DNA from: a virus
Reading direction: 5' to 3' (one strand)
Length of the DNA stretch: 24,359 bases
Virus record (IMG/VR): IMGVR_UViG_3300049811_000251
Span: 1-24,359 of that record
Shown: in pieces, positions 1 to 7,535 of the stretch
Layout of the letters: each line of letters begins with the position of its first letter
How positions within the stretch are numbered: position 1 is the first letter of the stretch
Notes under the pieces: generated by a model
Databases searched by the model: none
What the model was told of the DNA's origin: nothing
The model's input: only the letters and a program-made list of their open reading frames with translations
Program-made: the position numbers and the translations under genes

Positions 1-98
1 TCCTCGTCGATCTCCGTCCCCCCGGCAGTCAGGGAGAGAGTCTCCAAGAACGACCCTGCCCAATACAGAGTGTTCTTGGTCACGTCATCGGCTAGCAT
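1..98 (-). CDS. hypothetical protein, 5' part (runs off window)
   Basis: ATG at 98 with GAGGAG SD (106-111); frame open to window edge; downstream of promoter 157-185. Confidence 0.6.
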   Translation of the reverse strand, partial: MLADDVTKNTLYWAGSFLETLSLTAGGTEIDE

Positions 99-156
99 TG
101 CAGTGCTCCTCGCGGGGGGGGGGGGGTCGGGGGCGGATCGTTCCGCCGATAACCCC

Positions 157-185
157 AGTGTACCCAGACACTTCGAGCGTGTCAA
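157..185 (-). promoter_or_regulatory. sigma70-type promoter TTGACA-N17-TACACT
   Basis: Consensus -35, 17-bp spacer; overlapped/flanked by 13-bp inverted repeat (153-165/187-199). Confidence 0.8.
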
Positions 186-219
186 CGGGTACACTGGGGA
201 TTTTTCCAATCGTTTGGAG

Positions 220-567
220 TCAGACTTCCACCAATTCCTTGGGGGTCTCAGCCGCCTTGGCGTTAGCGATCTCCGCCAACTGACCCGCGTACTTGACGAT
301 TTTCTTTTGGGCGACGGCGAACTGCTTGATGCTCAGCGGAAAATCGTACTTCCGCTGGTCCGGGTAGTCCATCCACCGCTGGATTTGCTCGGCGAAGGAC
401 GAAAGAATCGTGCTGTCGGCCCCGTTGAAGCCAACTTCGTTGTGGTACTTCGTGGCTTGCTGAAGTTGCTCGTCACGAGTCTGGCGAGAATAGATCGCCA
501 GCACGCCCTTGATGACTGCCCACCGATTAGTGGTGAGCAGTTCCTTAACCGCTTCCTTCGTCCACAT
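220..567 (-). CDS. conserved phage hypothetical protein
   Basis: 115 aa; motif AIYxRQTxDEQ...NxVGF recalled from phage hypotheticals; downstream of promoter 618-646. Confidence 0.8.
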   Translation of the reverse strand: MWTKEAVKELLTTNRWAVIKGVLAIYSRQTRDEQLQQATKYHNEVGFNGADSTILSSFAEQIQRWMDYPDQRKYDFPLSIKQFAVAQKKIVKYAGQLAEIANAKAAETPKELVEV

Positions 568-617
568 GATTGGATCTCCATGCTAGAGAGGGTGAAAGGC
601 ACGCAAGCGTTCCCCCG

Positions 618-646
618 AGTTTAATCGGAGGACGCTTGCGTGTCAA
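618..646 (-). promoter_or_regulatory. sigma70-type promoter TTGACA-N17-TAAACT, -10 in loop of an inverted repeat
   Basis: Consensus boxes; hairpin arms 600-618/625-642. Confidence 0.8.
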
Positions 647-663
647 GTCCACACGATTGGATT

Positions 664-1098
664 TTACTTGATCACTTTGGCCAAGTTGTGCAACTGGGCA
701 CAGATGATGGTGCCAGCGGGGAGCTTAAGCTCCTGTTCCAGCTCGGTTTCCTCGGAGACTTCGATGAGAGCGAAGAAAGTGCGCTTCTTGTTGAAGGGCT
801 GAATACGATTCTCGTATCCGATGATCTTGCCCAGGATGCCTGCCATCCAGATGACCTCCCCGCCTTCGATCCCAGAATCGTAGCAGGACTTTTGGAAGTC
901 CGTGTACTTCTGTCCGCGGGGGAAGCAGAAGCGGAAGACCCGGACCTGGCTCCCTAGACTGGGACGGTCGAACTGGCTAGCCGTGGTAGCCGCCGTAGTA
1001 GCGGGGCTGCTGGCGAACGCCGTGCTAGCGTTATTGAGCTTCCGGCGGAACGCCACTTCCTCGCAGAGTTTGGCGATCAGTTTGTCAGAGACTGGCAT
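664..1098 (-). CDS. hypothetical protein
   Basis: 144 aa, GGAGAG SD upstream of ATG. Confidence 0.75.
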   Translation of the reverse strand: MPVSDKLIAKLCEEVAFRRKLNNASTAFASSPATTAATTASQFDRPSLGSQVRVFRFCFPRGQKYTDFQKSCYDSGIEGGEVIWMAGILGKIIGYENRIQPFNKKRTFFALIEVSEETELEQELKLPAGTIICAQLHNLAKVIK

Positions 1099-1281
1099 CT
1101 TGGACTCTCCATTTTAGAGAGGGGGGTGAAGCGACAACCCCGAGAATAGAGCAGAGAGTTTCTTGCCAGTCAATAGGGGGGTACGCAAAAATCCCCGAGG
1201 CCAACTTTAAGGATAAACTTCTACTGCTACTCAGGCTCCAATCAATTGGACTACTGCTACTTCTCGCTTCGATCCATAAAG

Positions 1282-1313
1282 AAAGACAGATACGTAATAA
1301 CGTATCTGTCTTT
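1282..1313. terminator. intrinsic terminator (perfect 14-bp hairpin, possibly bidirectional)
   Basis: AAAGACAGATACGT-AATA-ACGTATCTGTCTTT right after stop at 1318. Confidence 0.75.
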
Positions 1314-1317
1314 TGTT

Positions 1318-1587
1318 CTAGTCCGCTTGCATCATAAGCAGATCGTGGGTAAGGTCTCCAGCGTCCCACTCCCCGCGGGAGGGGATGCTGCTGATGAATT
1401 CGTCGATCACGCGACGAACGTCTGCCTCGTCCAACTGCCAGAACTGGCAGATGGAGTTGATGGCGGTCTGCTCGCTCACGTCAGTGACGGGCTGGCCATC
1501 TCCATCCGTCACCGGACCCGGCATCACTCCCCGGTGCATGAGCACCAACTCCACGCACAGACACACGTCGTACTGAACTTCGTTCAT
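1318..1587 (-). CDS. hypothetical protein
   Basis: ORF track 1318..1620; ATG 1587 with GGGAG SD fits promoter 1626-1654 better. Confidence 0.7.
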   Translation of the reverse strand: MNEVQYDVCLCVELVLMHRGVMPGPVTDGDGQPVTDVSEQTAINSICQFWQLDEADVRRVIDEFISSIPSRGEWDAGDLTHDLLMMQAD

Positions 1588-1625
1588 GGAAAACTCCCGT
1601 GAAAGAGGCGTAAAGCACAACCCCC

Positions 1626-1654
1626 ATCGTAATCACACACTTCTTTAAACGCAA
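1626..1654 (-). promoter_or_regulatory. sigma70-type promoter TTGCGT-N17-TACGAT
   Basis: 17-bp spacer; same upstream module as promoter 2126-2154. Confidence 0.65.
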
Positions 1655-1723
1655 TAGTGTACAGAGGAATTTTTCCAACCGATTGGAGTCAACTGCTACT
1701 ACTTCTTCTAAGCGTGGTGATTA

Positions 1724-1752
1724 GAAAACGCACCGTGCTTCCACAGTGCGTT
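1724..1752 (-). terminator. intrinsic terminator
   Basis: AACGCACUGUG-GAAG-CACGGUGCGUU-UUCU after stop at 1759. Confidence 0.65.
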
Positions 1753-1758
1753 CACTTG

Positions 1759-2073
1759 CTAGAACATCTTCCAGAAGTCCACCCGCTCCATGTGATAGGG
1801 TTCCCCGTTCTGGCGGATGGGGCCGGTCCACGGCTCGCTGAGGTGGACCACGATGAAGTAGCGGCCCTGCTCGTTTTCGAGCGAGTAGGCGTACTCGACG
1901 CCCACGGACCGTTCGCTCAGCTTGATGACTCCCCACCCTCCCAGAATGGTGTGAAACAGGGGATGATGGTAGTTCCATCCCTCGTGATCCGGGATGATCG
2001 AAAACTCCAACTCGGTGGGCTGGAGGTCTCCCCACCCGTGTTCGATCATGTCGAGGAGCGTTTGCTTGGTCAC
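1759..2073 (-). CDS. hypothetical protein
   Basis: 104 aa, GTG start with GGAGG SD, lies between promoter and terminator. Confidence 0.75.
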   Translation of the reverse strand: MTKQTLLDMIEHGWGDLQPTELEFSIIPDHEGWNYHHPLFHTILGGWGVIKLSERSVGVEYAYSLENEQGRYFIVVHLSEPWTGPIRQNGEPYHMERVDFWKMF

Positions 2074-2125
2074 TGTAGTCCTCCCGTCAAGAGTCGTTCG
2101 GCGAAACCGTTCCGCCGGTTCCCAC

Positions 2126-2154
2126 AGTGTACCAAGGTACTTTTAGCGTAACAA
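2126..2154 (-). promoter_or_regulatory. sigma70-type promoter TTGTTA-N17-TACACT with extended -10 TG
   Basis: 17-bp spacer, TGn-TACACT. Confidence 0.7.
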
Positions 2155-2222
2155 TAGTGTACAAAAGAATTTTTGTCCACACGATTGGAGTACTCTGCTA
2201 CTACTTCTTACAGTGCTGAAAG

Positions 2223-2252
2223 AGACGCAACCGCTTTCACGGCTGCGTTTTC
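2223..2252 (-). terminator. putative intrinsic terminator
   Basis: ACGCAGCCG-UGAAAG-CGGUUGCGU hairpin right after stop at 2253. Confidence 0.55.
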
Positions 2253-2459
2253 TCACTTAGTCACTACGAGAAGAATGGAGAACACCTTCTCCTCGGTGGT
2301 GTAGTCCAAGCTGTACCTGCCTGGAGCACGATAGTCTACCCCGTGGTCTTCTCGCTGGATGCGAGTCAACAAACCCTTCTCTTGGAGCATCTCTCCAATC
2401 ATAGCTTGAAGCCTATCCCAGGAGGGAGTAAGCTTCGCTCCGGTGATGGTGATTGTCAC
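2253..2459 (-). CDS. hypothetical protein
   Basis: 68 aa, starts directly after upstream stop. Confidence 0.65.
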   Translation of the reverse strand: MTITITGAKLTPSWDRLQAMIGEMLQEKGLLTRIQREDHGVDYRAPGRYSLDYTTEEKVFSILLVVTK

Positions 2460-2460
2460 G

Positions 2461-2766
2461 TTAGTTCTGCTTCTCCAAGAGTTCGGCCAGCATCTTGGTC
2501 AAGACCACCTTGACCTCGATGGGCTGACGGTTGAACGTACTCGGCACTTCGCCGAGAAAAGAGTACACGGTGTTGCCTTCCTCCTGCGTGAGGACGCCGC
2601 TGATGACGGCAAGGCTCTTGAGTTGCTGGAGGCGGACGTATTCGTCCATCTCCATGTCGAAGTTCTTGTGTGCCTGATCCACTTGCTCCTTGGTGATGAT
2701 CCCGGCTTGGAGGCGGGACGCAATCCGTGCCTTCATCTGTTCGATCTTTTCGATCACGCGGTTCAT
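2461..2766 (-). CDS. hypothetical protein, paralog of 2792..3103
   Basis: Shares DM..EYV..Q, LT.EEG.TV.S.LG..PSTFN.QPIEVK..LTK.L.ELLE with neighbour. Confidence 0.85.
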   Translation of the reverse strand: MNRVIEKIEQMKARIASRLQAGIITKEQVDQAHKNFDMEMDEYVRLQQLKSLAVISGVLTQEEGNTVYSFLGEVPSTFNRQPIEVKVVLTKMLAELLEKQN

Positions 2767-2791
2767 AGTACGTCTCCAGAGATAGTGATAG

Positions 2792-3103
2792 TTACGCTTG
2801 CTTAAGCCCTTCCAAGAGTTCCTCTAGCAGCTTGGTCAAGGTCATCTTGACCTCGATAGGCTGATTGTTGAACGTGCTTGGAAAAGCACCGAGAAGTGAG
2901 TGCACAGTGGCACCCTCCTCGCGTGTAAGCAGCCCCTTTGTGACAGCTCGTGACGTAATTTTTTGGAACTTGACGTACTCCGTCAAGCCCATGTCAAGTT
3001 CCTTGATGACAGTTGCCGCCTGGGCTTCGGTGAGCTTGCCCTCCTTCAAGTAGGTGTCGAGGAGGTCTTTCGTTTGCTTGATCTTCCTAGTAATTCGGTT
3101 CAT
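2792..3103 (-). CDS. hypothetical protein, paralog of 2461..2766
   Basis: As above; GGAG SD provided by palindrome at 3112. Confidence 0.85.
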   Translation of the reverse strand: MNRITRKIKQTKDLLDTYLKEGKLTEAQAATVIKELDMGLTEYVKFQKITSRAVTKGLLTREEGATVHSLLGAFPSTFNNQPIEVKMTLTKLLEELLEGLKQA

Positions 3104-3106
3104 AGC

Positions 3107-3397
3107 CTAGCTCCAATCGGTTGGAGGACACTTGCTGACTCGAATCGACCCAACGTTTCTCCCGTTGGGATGCCTAACTTTGAGCCTACCCTTGAAGGGT
3201 AGCTCCACGTAGTACACGTACCCGTTATCCAACTTCCCCTTAGGGAAGCGGGCGAACCACTCCCCTAAAAGTTCGGCGAACTTGTACTGAGGTTCGCTCG
3301 ACTTGAGGAAGCCTACTTCCTTGGCACGCTTAGCCAAGGCGTCAATGGTTCGGAACTTACCCGTGGCTTCTTGCGTAAGGAACTCGGTCATTGTCAT
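3107..3397 (-). CDS. hypothetical protein
   Basis: 96 aa, GGAG SD, downstream of promoter 3439-3467. Confidence 0.75.
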   Translation of the reverse strand: MTMTEFLTQEATGKFRTIDALAKRAKEVGFLKSSEPQYKFAELLGEWFARFPKGKLDNGYVYYVELPFKGRLKVRHPNGRNVGSIRVSKCPPTDWS

Positions 3398-3438
3398 TCG
3401 AGTTCTCCGCGTGTGTGTGGGTATCGCCAGTACCCCCG

Positions 3439-3467
3439 AGTTTAATCGGGGGCTTCTTGCGTGTCAA
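3439..3467 (-). promoter_or_regulatory. sigma70-type promoter TTGACA-N17-TAAACT, near copy of 618-646
   Basis: TTGACACGCAAG...CCGATTAAACTCGGGGG shared; hairpin CCCCCGA-GTTTAA-TCGGGGG. Confidence 0.8.
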
Positions 3468-3471
3468 GTGG

Positions 3472-3711
3472 TCACAGCTCAAAATATTGCAAGAGGAGGT
3501 GCTGCGTTCCTTCGATCTTAAACGCAAGCTTGAGAGCCTGTGCGTGCTCCACTTCCACCATGATCTTGCGTGCCATTTCCAAGCACGCATGAGCAAGGGC
3601 TGCTCCATCCTGATCCTCGATGAGCTTGTTCACCTTGCTCGGCCCCGCCATCGGGGCAAGGATTTGCTGAAGACGCTCAGCCTTGTTCGCCAAGTCGATG
3701 CTGACTTTCAC
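3472..3711 (-). CDS. hypothetical protein
   Basis: ORF track 3472..3744; GTG 3711 with AGGAG SD preferred because ATG 3744 lies in hairpin 3731-3757. Confidence 0.65.
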   Translation of the reverse strand: MKVSIDLANKAERLQQILAPMAGPSKVNKLIEDQDGAALAHACLEMARKIMVEVEHAQALKLAFKIEGTQHLLLQYFEL

Positions 3712-3770
3712 GATGCGTTCTCCTAGAATCGGGCCGTCGCCCATAAGACGACGGCCCTGGGATTGAAACG

Positions 3771-4181
3771 TTACTTGTGGAGGATTTCGTTCAGGAGTTC
3801 AACTTCCTCGTCCAGGTTCAGCTTGTACTGGTTCAGGAAAGTCCAGTACACGACTTGCTGCCAATCCGAGTGAACCTTGCGGTTCAGAAGGACGATCAGC
3901 ACGTCCTTGAGATCATGCCGGAGAGACGCCAATCCCTTGAACATCCGGGCCAAGGCGTCGAAGGTAGCCGTGTCTTCCTTGTAAATCTCCGTCAGCATGA
4001 CGAGGGAGTAAGGCTCGGGGTCGATGGGGGACTCTCCGGCCTCAACGTACCCCCAATTCGTGTTGACCACCTCGGCCAGCTTAGTCGCCAGCCAGTGCCA
4101 ATTAACATCGGCAAAGTGAGAGTAGTAGGTCACTTGGATGCTCCGCGTGAGGGGTTGTGCTCGGGCGAAAATCGCCCGCAT
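3771..4181 (-). CDS. hypothetical protein (probably leaderless mRNA)
   Basis: 136 aa; ATG 6 nt after -10 box, no SD. Confidence 0.75.
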   Translation of the reverse strand: MRAIFARAQPLTRSIQVTYYSHFADVNWHWLATKLAEVVNTNWGYVEAGESPIDPEPYSLVMLTEIYKEDTATFDALARMFKGLASLRHDLKDVLIVLLNRKVHSDWQQVVYWTFLNQYKLNLDEEVELLNEILHK

Positions 4182-4187
4182 GTAGTA

Positions 4188-4216
4188 AGAGTAGCACGAC
4201 CACTTTTTGGCGTCAA
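4188..4216 (-). promoter_or_regulatory. sigma70-type promoter TTGACG-N17-TACTCT
   Basis: 17-bp spacer; near-palindrome 19 bp upstream of -35. Confidence 0.7.
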
Positions 4217-4594
4217 GCCCCCCAACTTCAAAAAAGCCAATCGTTTGGACCGCTCAGTACATCTGTACACTATAGGACACACAGTTACCCCCTAACCAGG
4301 TGTCTCTACTGCTTTTACTCCTACTTTCGGGGGTTCCCCCCCTTTTGGTTTTTTCAAGGAATTTTGGCGGGCTCCTAGGGGAAAACTGACCTATCCAAGG
4401 ATTTGGAGGGTCTATCTTACCTATCTTAACACCTACTCCCCCTGCTGAGTGGGAGACTGAAATATTATCTACTCCTAAATCTACTCAGTTACCCCTCCTT
4501 CTGCTTCGACTGTAGCGCTACAAACTCCTCCTAAAGTAGGGAGTCCCACCTGCTTTTACTACTACTTCTGGGTTAGTGTACATAAATTCTCAAG

Positions 4595-4660
4595 ACTACT
4601 GCTTCTTTGTACACTACTGTACATGATTTTTTCAAAACTACTGCTTCTTTGTACACTACT
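4595..4660. repeat. 24-bp direct repeat x2 within CTACT-rich tract
   Basis: ACTACTGCTTCTTTGTACACTACT at 4595-4618 and 4637-4660. Confidence 0.9.
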
Positions 4661-4920
4661 CCAATCAATTGGAGTCAAACTTAGCCTAGAACTGGGCCTA
4701 CTTCTAATCCTAACTCCTCTGTTAAACTATCTACTAGCCTAACTACTGACCGCTACTACTAAACTTTCTTAACTTTTTATAACTTCTACTATTTTTAGTG
4801 CTGTAACTAGCCCTACTACTTCTTCTTTTACTGAGACTACTACTAAAAAAATAGATGCTCCTGCTACTGAAACAGGGGCGTCTACTGCTATTTCTACTAC
4901 TAAAACTGCGAGAAATAAGC

Positions 4921-5205
4921 TCAAGACTTGATTATTTTGGCTGCAACCTTCTCTACAACTTCCGGCGGAAAGAAGATTTTAGCTGATCCAAGCAATTCCA
5001 CTACAGCATTTATACATTCATCTTCTGTTATATCTAGGTAATAATTGCGTCGAATTGACACAGCTTCTAGGCATAATCTTGCTAAATACTGCTCAGATTT
5101 TTGATTAAATTCCTTTCTGAGACGCAAATGAGCGTCTGAGAGCAAATTTGTGGGGTTTTGAAGGTCTGTTTTGTAGAATTTGTACAAAACTGCCATCTTT
5201 TTCAC
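4921..5205 (-). CDS. hypothetical protein
   Basis: 94 aa ORF, isolated in the non-coding region. Confidence 0.6.
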   Translation of the reverse strand: MKKMAVLYKFYKTDLQNPTNLLSDAHLRLRKEFNQKSEQYLARLCLEAVSIRRNYYLDITEDECINAVVELLGSAKIFFPPEVVEKVAAKIIKS

Positions 5206-5488
5206 CTAAAATGGGGTCCAATTGATTGGAAAATGTCGGTTTTCCGCCACTTTTTTGACTTCTTCTATCTTTCTCGTGTCTTTTTTGCGTACTCCAGCTT
5301 CTATTACTAAGTCTTAATCTACTACTAATTACTACTACTTTAACTAAAATTACTACTAAATCTCGAACTTAAAGAACTAAATTTTAACTATAAACTAACT
5401 ATAAGCACTTCTACACAAAACCTAAAAGTTCTCTGGGGGGGTCTCTCAGCTCACTGAATTAAAACTTCTTTACCTTCTAACTGACAAT

Positions 5489-5612
5489 AACAGTCGAGAA
5501 AAATCGAGTTCAACAGTCGAGAAAAATCGAGTTCAATAAAAACGAATCTTAAAATCGAGTTCAAACAGTCGAGGAAAATCTAGTTCAACAAATCTTAAAA
5601 ATCTAGTTCAAA
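5489..5612. repeat. iteron-like array, 5x AAAATC(G/T)AGTTCAA
   Basis: Copies at 5500, 5523, 5551, 5575, 5598. Confidence 0.9.
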
Positions 5613-5736
5613 GAGGGACTACGAGAAGTTTAAGTCTGGGTTCTACAAGTTCTATATCATATATACTATTAAAGAGTACGCAAAAACCCAAAACCAGGCT
5701 TTTTTTTTGTTTCATGATTTTTTTGTTTCTTGCTTT

Positions 5737-5955
5737 TTAAGTCCAATCAATTGGAGTGAAGTAAATATCTAATAACATGAATTTATTGATTTCTGGATTA
5801 TCGACTTTAACCATATATGTAGGATAATCATTAGTCTTAGAGTTCTTACTTACCTTAGTAATAGTGAACGCACCGATATTCAAGTGTTTTACTCCAAAAA
5901 CATCCATTAAACCCGTTTCATTAAACTTAACTCGATCTCCCACTTTTAGTTTCAT
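5737..5955 (-). CDS. small hypothetical protein (KVGDRV start, SH3/KOW-like)
   Basis: ATG 5955 preferred; palindromes at both ends. Confidence 0.7.
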   Translation of the reverse strand: MKLKVGDRVKFNETGLMDVFGVKHLNIGAFTITKVSKNSKTNDYPTYMVKVDNPEINKFMLLDIYFTPIDWT

Positions 5956-6047
5956 TTTTTTTATTCCAATCAATTGGAGGTTTAGTCTTGATCTAAAGGT
6001 TAAAAAATCCGTAAAATTTGACTAAATTTCAAATTTTTTGGTGTCAA

Positions 6048-6084
6048 TTGTTGTAACTCCTTATGTAGCAAGGACTTACGACAA
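6048..6084. repeat. imperfect inverted repeat, 15-bp arms with 7-bp spacer
   Basis: TTGTTGTAACTCCTT-ATGTAGC-AAGGACTTACGACAA, 13/15 arm match. Confidence 0.8.
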
Positions 6085-6126
6085 TCCTAGTTTTGATTTT
6101 ATAGTGATTAACTTATACAGCGATTT

Positions 6127-6465
6127 TTAGTCCCTTGACGACCTTGGAGTACTTTCCTCGAAGACAATTTGATAGATAGTACCGAAAGTTTTCTGCCGGG
6201 TAGTCCCAAAAGTCTCTCTTATCTTACGTCCTCTAAGGAGTTGTTGCACGCCAAACTGCAATCTTTGAGAGTAAGGGTCTTTAATCGAGAAATGATCCGC
6301 TAATTCTTGTGGAGTTGCAGAGTTTTTGAATACTTCCTTGAGTACCTTCAAGATTCTCCACTGAGAAATGTTTCCCTGTTCATCTGTCTCTTCACTTTTC
6401 TCACTAGAGGTTCTTGGTAGTAATGGAGGTAGTTCTGGTAACTGTTCATACCTATCTGTACTCAT
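6127..6465 (-). CDS. putative winged-HTH protein
   Basis: RILKVLKE...TPQELADHF...QQLLRGRKI pattern; start at ATG 6465 is uncertain. Confidence 0.55.
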   Translation of the reverse strand: MSTDRYEQLPELPPLLPRTSSEKSEETDEQGNISQWRILKVLKEVFKNSATPQELADHFSIKDPYSQRLQFGVQQLLRGRKIRETFGTTRQKTFGTIYQIVFEESTPRSSRD

Positions 6466-6523
6466 TCCTTTATTCCTATAAAGGGGAACGCAAACAGCCA
6501 CTTGAAAACCCGCGAAATTCCAA

Positions 6524-6787
6524 TCAATTGGATTCTTTATCCCATTCAAGGTATCTATTGAATTTTTCGTGCTGACGCTCAGCCATTCTATTAGCGTCTA
6601 ACTTAAGCTTGTATTGAACGAAGTAGCAGATAGCCATAACATCTGCCATTTCGTCTTCAAGTCTCTTAGTTAGATCACCTTTGTTATCAGGGTGTTGAGA
6701 ATCTGGGTACGCAAGCTTTTTCCCGACAACCTGCGTAAGCTCACCCATTTCCTCGATTAGTTTAACCAGTCCCTGAGCAACCATCAT
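6524..6787 (-). CDS. MazG-like NTP pyrophosphohydrolase
   Basis: KLIEEMGEL...LEDEMADV (EEXXE...EXXD) motif. Confidence 0.8.
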   Translation of the reverse strand: MMVAQGLVKLIEEMGELTQVVGKKLAYPDSQHPDNKGDLTKRLEDEMADVMAICYFVQYKLKLDANRMAERQHEKFNRYLEWDKESN

Positions 6788-6789
6788 GC

Positions 6790-7074
6790 TTATGCCTCCA
6801 AAGGATAGACTACTCCAAGAGTCTGTAAAAGCATTGAGATATACTCTCTGTGCGTAGGTATGTAGCTATTTCTATCATCATAGATAATAGCGTCATCTTG
6901 CTTAATTACTAAGCAAGTCTTGTCGTTTTTGGATAAACTGTCAACCTGAATAGTTTTTCCAGCTTTAGTAGAACAAGACAGTCTCATCTTGTCCACTCCA
7001 TCAATATACTCCTTGGTATCCCACGGAAAGTTAAGTAACCACAGAGGAGTTACTACATCATATGAGGCTTTCAT
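6790..7074 (-). CDS. hypothetical protein
   Basis: 94 aa, ATGA overlap with upstream gene. Confidence 0.65.
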   Translation of the reverse strand: MKASYDVVTPLWLLNFPWDTKEYIDGVDKMRLSCSTKAGKTIQVDSLSKNDKTCLVIKQDDAIIYDDRNSYIPTHREYISMLLQTLGVVYPLEA

Positions 7075-7535
7075 GTATCAATTCCTCCGATAAAAGAGTC
7101 ATCGAAAGACAGAACCCCGTTCTTTAGGTACTTAGTAAAGGGTCTATCATAAGTCCAATCTTTATTTCTAAGTTTATTGATAATCTGTTCGATTTCTTCA
7201 GACTTACTTGGGTCATTATAGACTTCATGGGTTAAGAAACTTCTAATAGTTTCCTCAGACTTAGCAATAGAGATTACTGTCCTATTCTCTTTACCGAGTT
7301 TCCGATAAATGCAAACAATGGCATCTCCAATCCTGTTCTGTCCAAAGTTTTTGAAGTCTTCTTTCATTATTTCAACCTTTAACCAAGGGAGTAGAGCGTT
7401 ACGCTTCCAAGCTGGCCAAGTTTCAACTACAGCCGCAGTACGTTTTAAGTACTCAAGAAACTTAGCAGCGTCTTCTTTTTGTTGTTCAAAATCACGCACT
7501 GTATTGCCACTCACTGAAGTAATAGTGAACACCAT
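7071..7535 (-). CDS. hypothetical protein
   Basis: 154 aa ORF in operon; start uncertain. Confidence 0.65.
   Translation of the reverse strand: MVFTITSVSGNTVRDFEQQKEDAAKFLEYLKRTAAVVETWPAWKRNALLPWLKVEIMKEDFKNFGQNRIGDAIVCIYRKLGKENRTVISIAKSEETIRSFLTHEVYNDPSKSEEIEQIINKLRNKDWTYDRPFTKYLKNGVLSFDDSFIGGIDT

Noticed and set aside
114-126. Run of 13 G
   Set aside because: Homopolymer in a leader; length may be unreliable and no function can be supported.
1144-1173. Promoter TTGACT...TATTCT upstream of ORF 664..1098
   Set aside because: The 19-bp spacer is atypical; possible but unsupported.
4300-5460. Stop-codon recoding hiding genes in the TAG-rich minus strand
   Set aside because: Genes elsewhere end cleanly at TAG, TGA and TAA, no suppressor tRNA is seen, and the tract is low-complexity.
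5489-5612. CRISPR array
   Set aside because: Repeats are 14 bp with 9-14 bp linkers that are themselves repeated; no cas genes.
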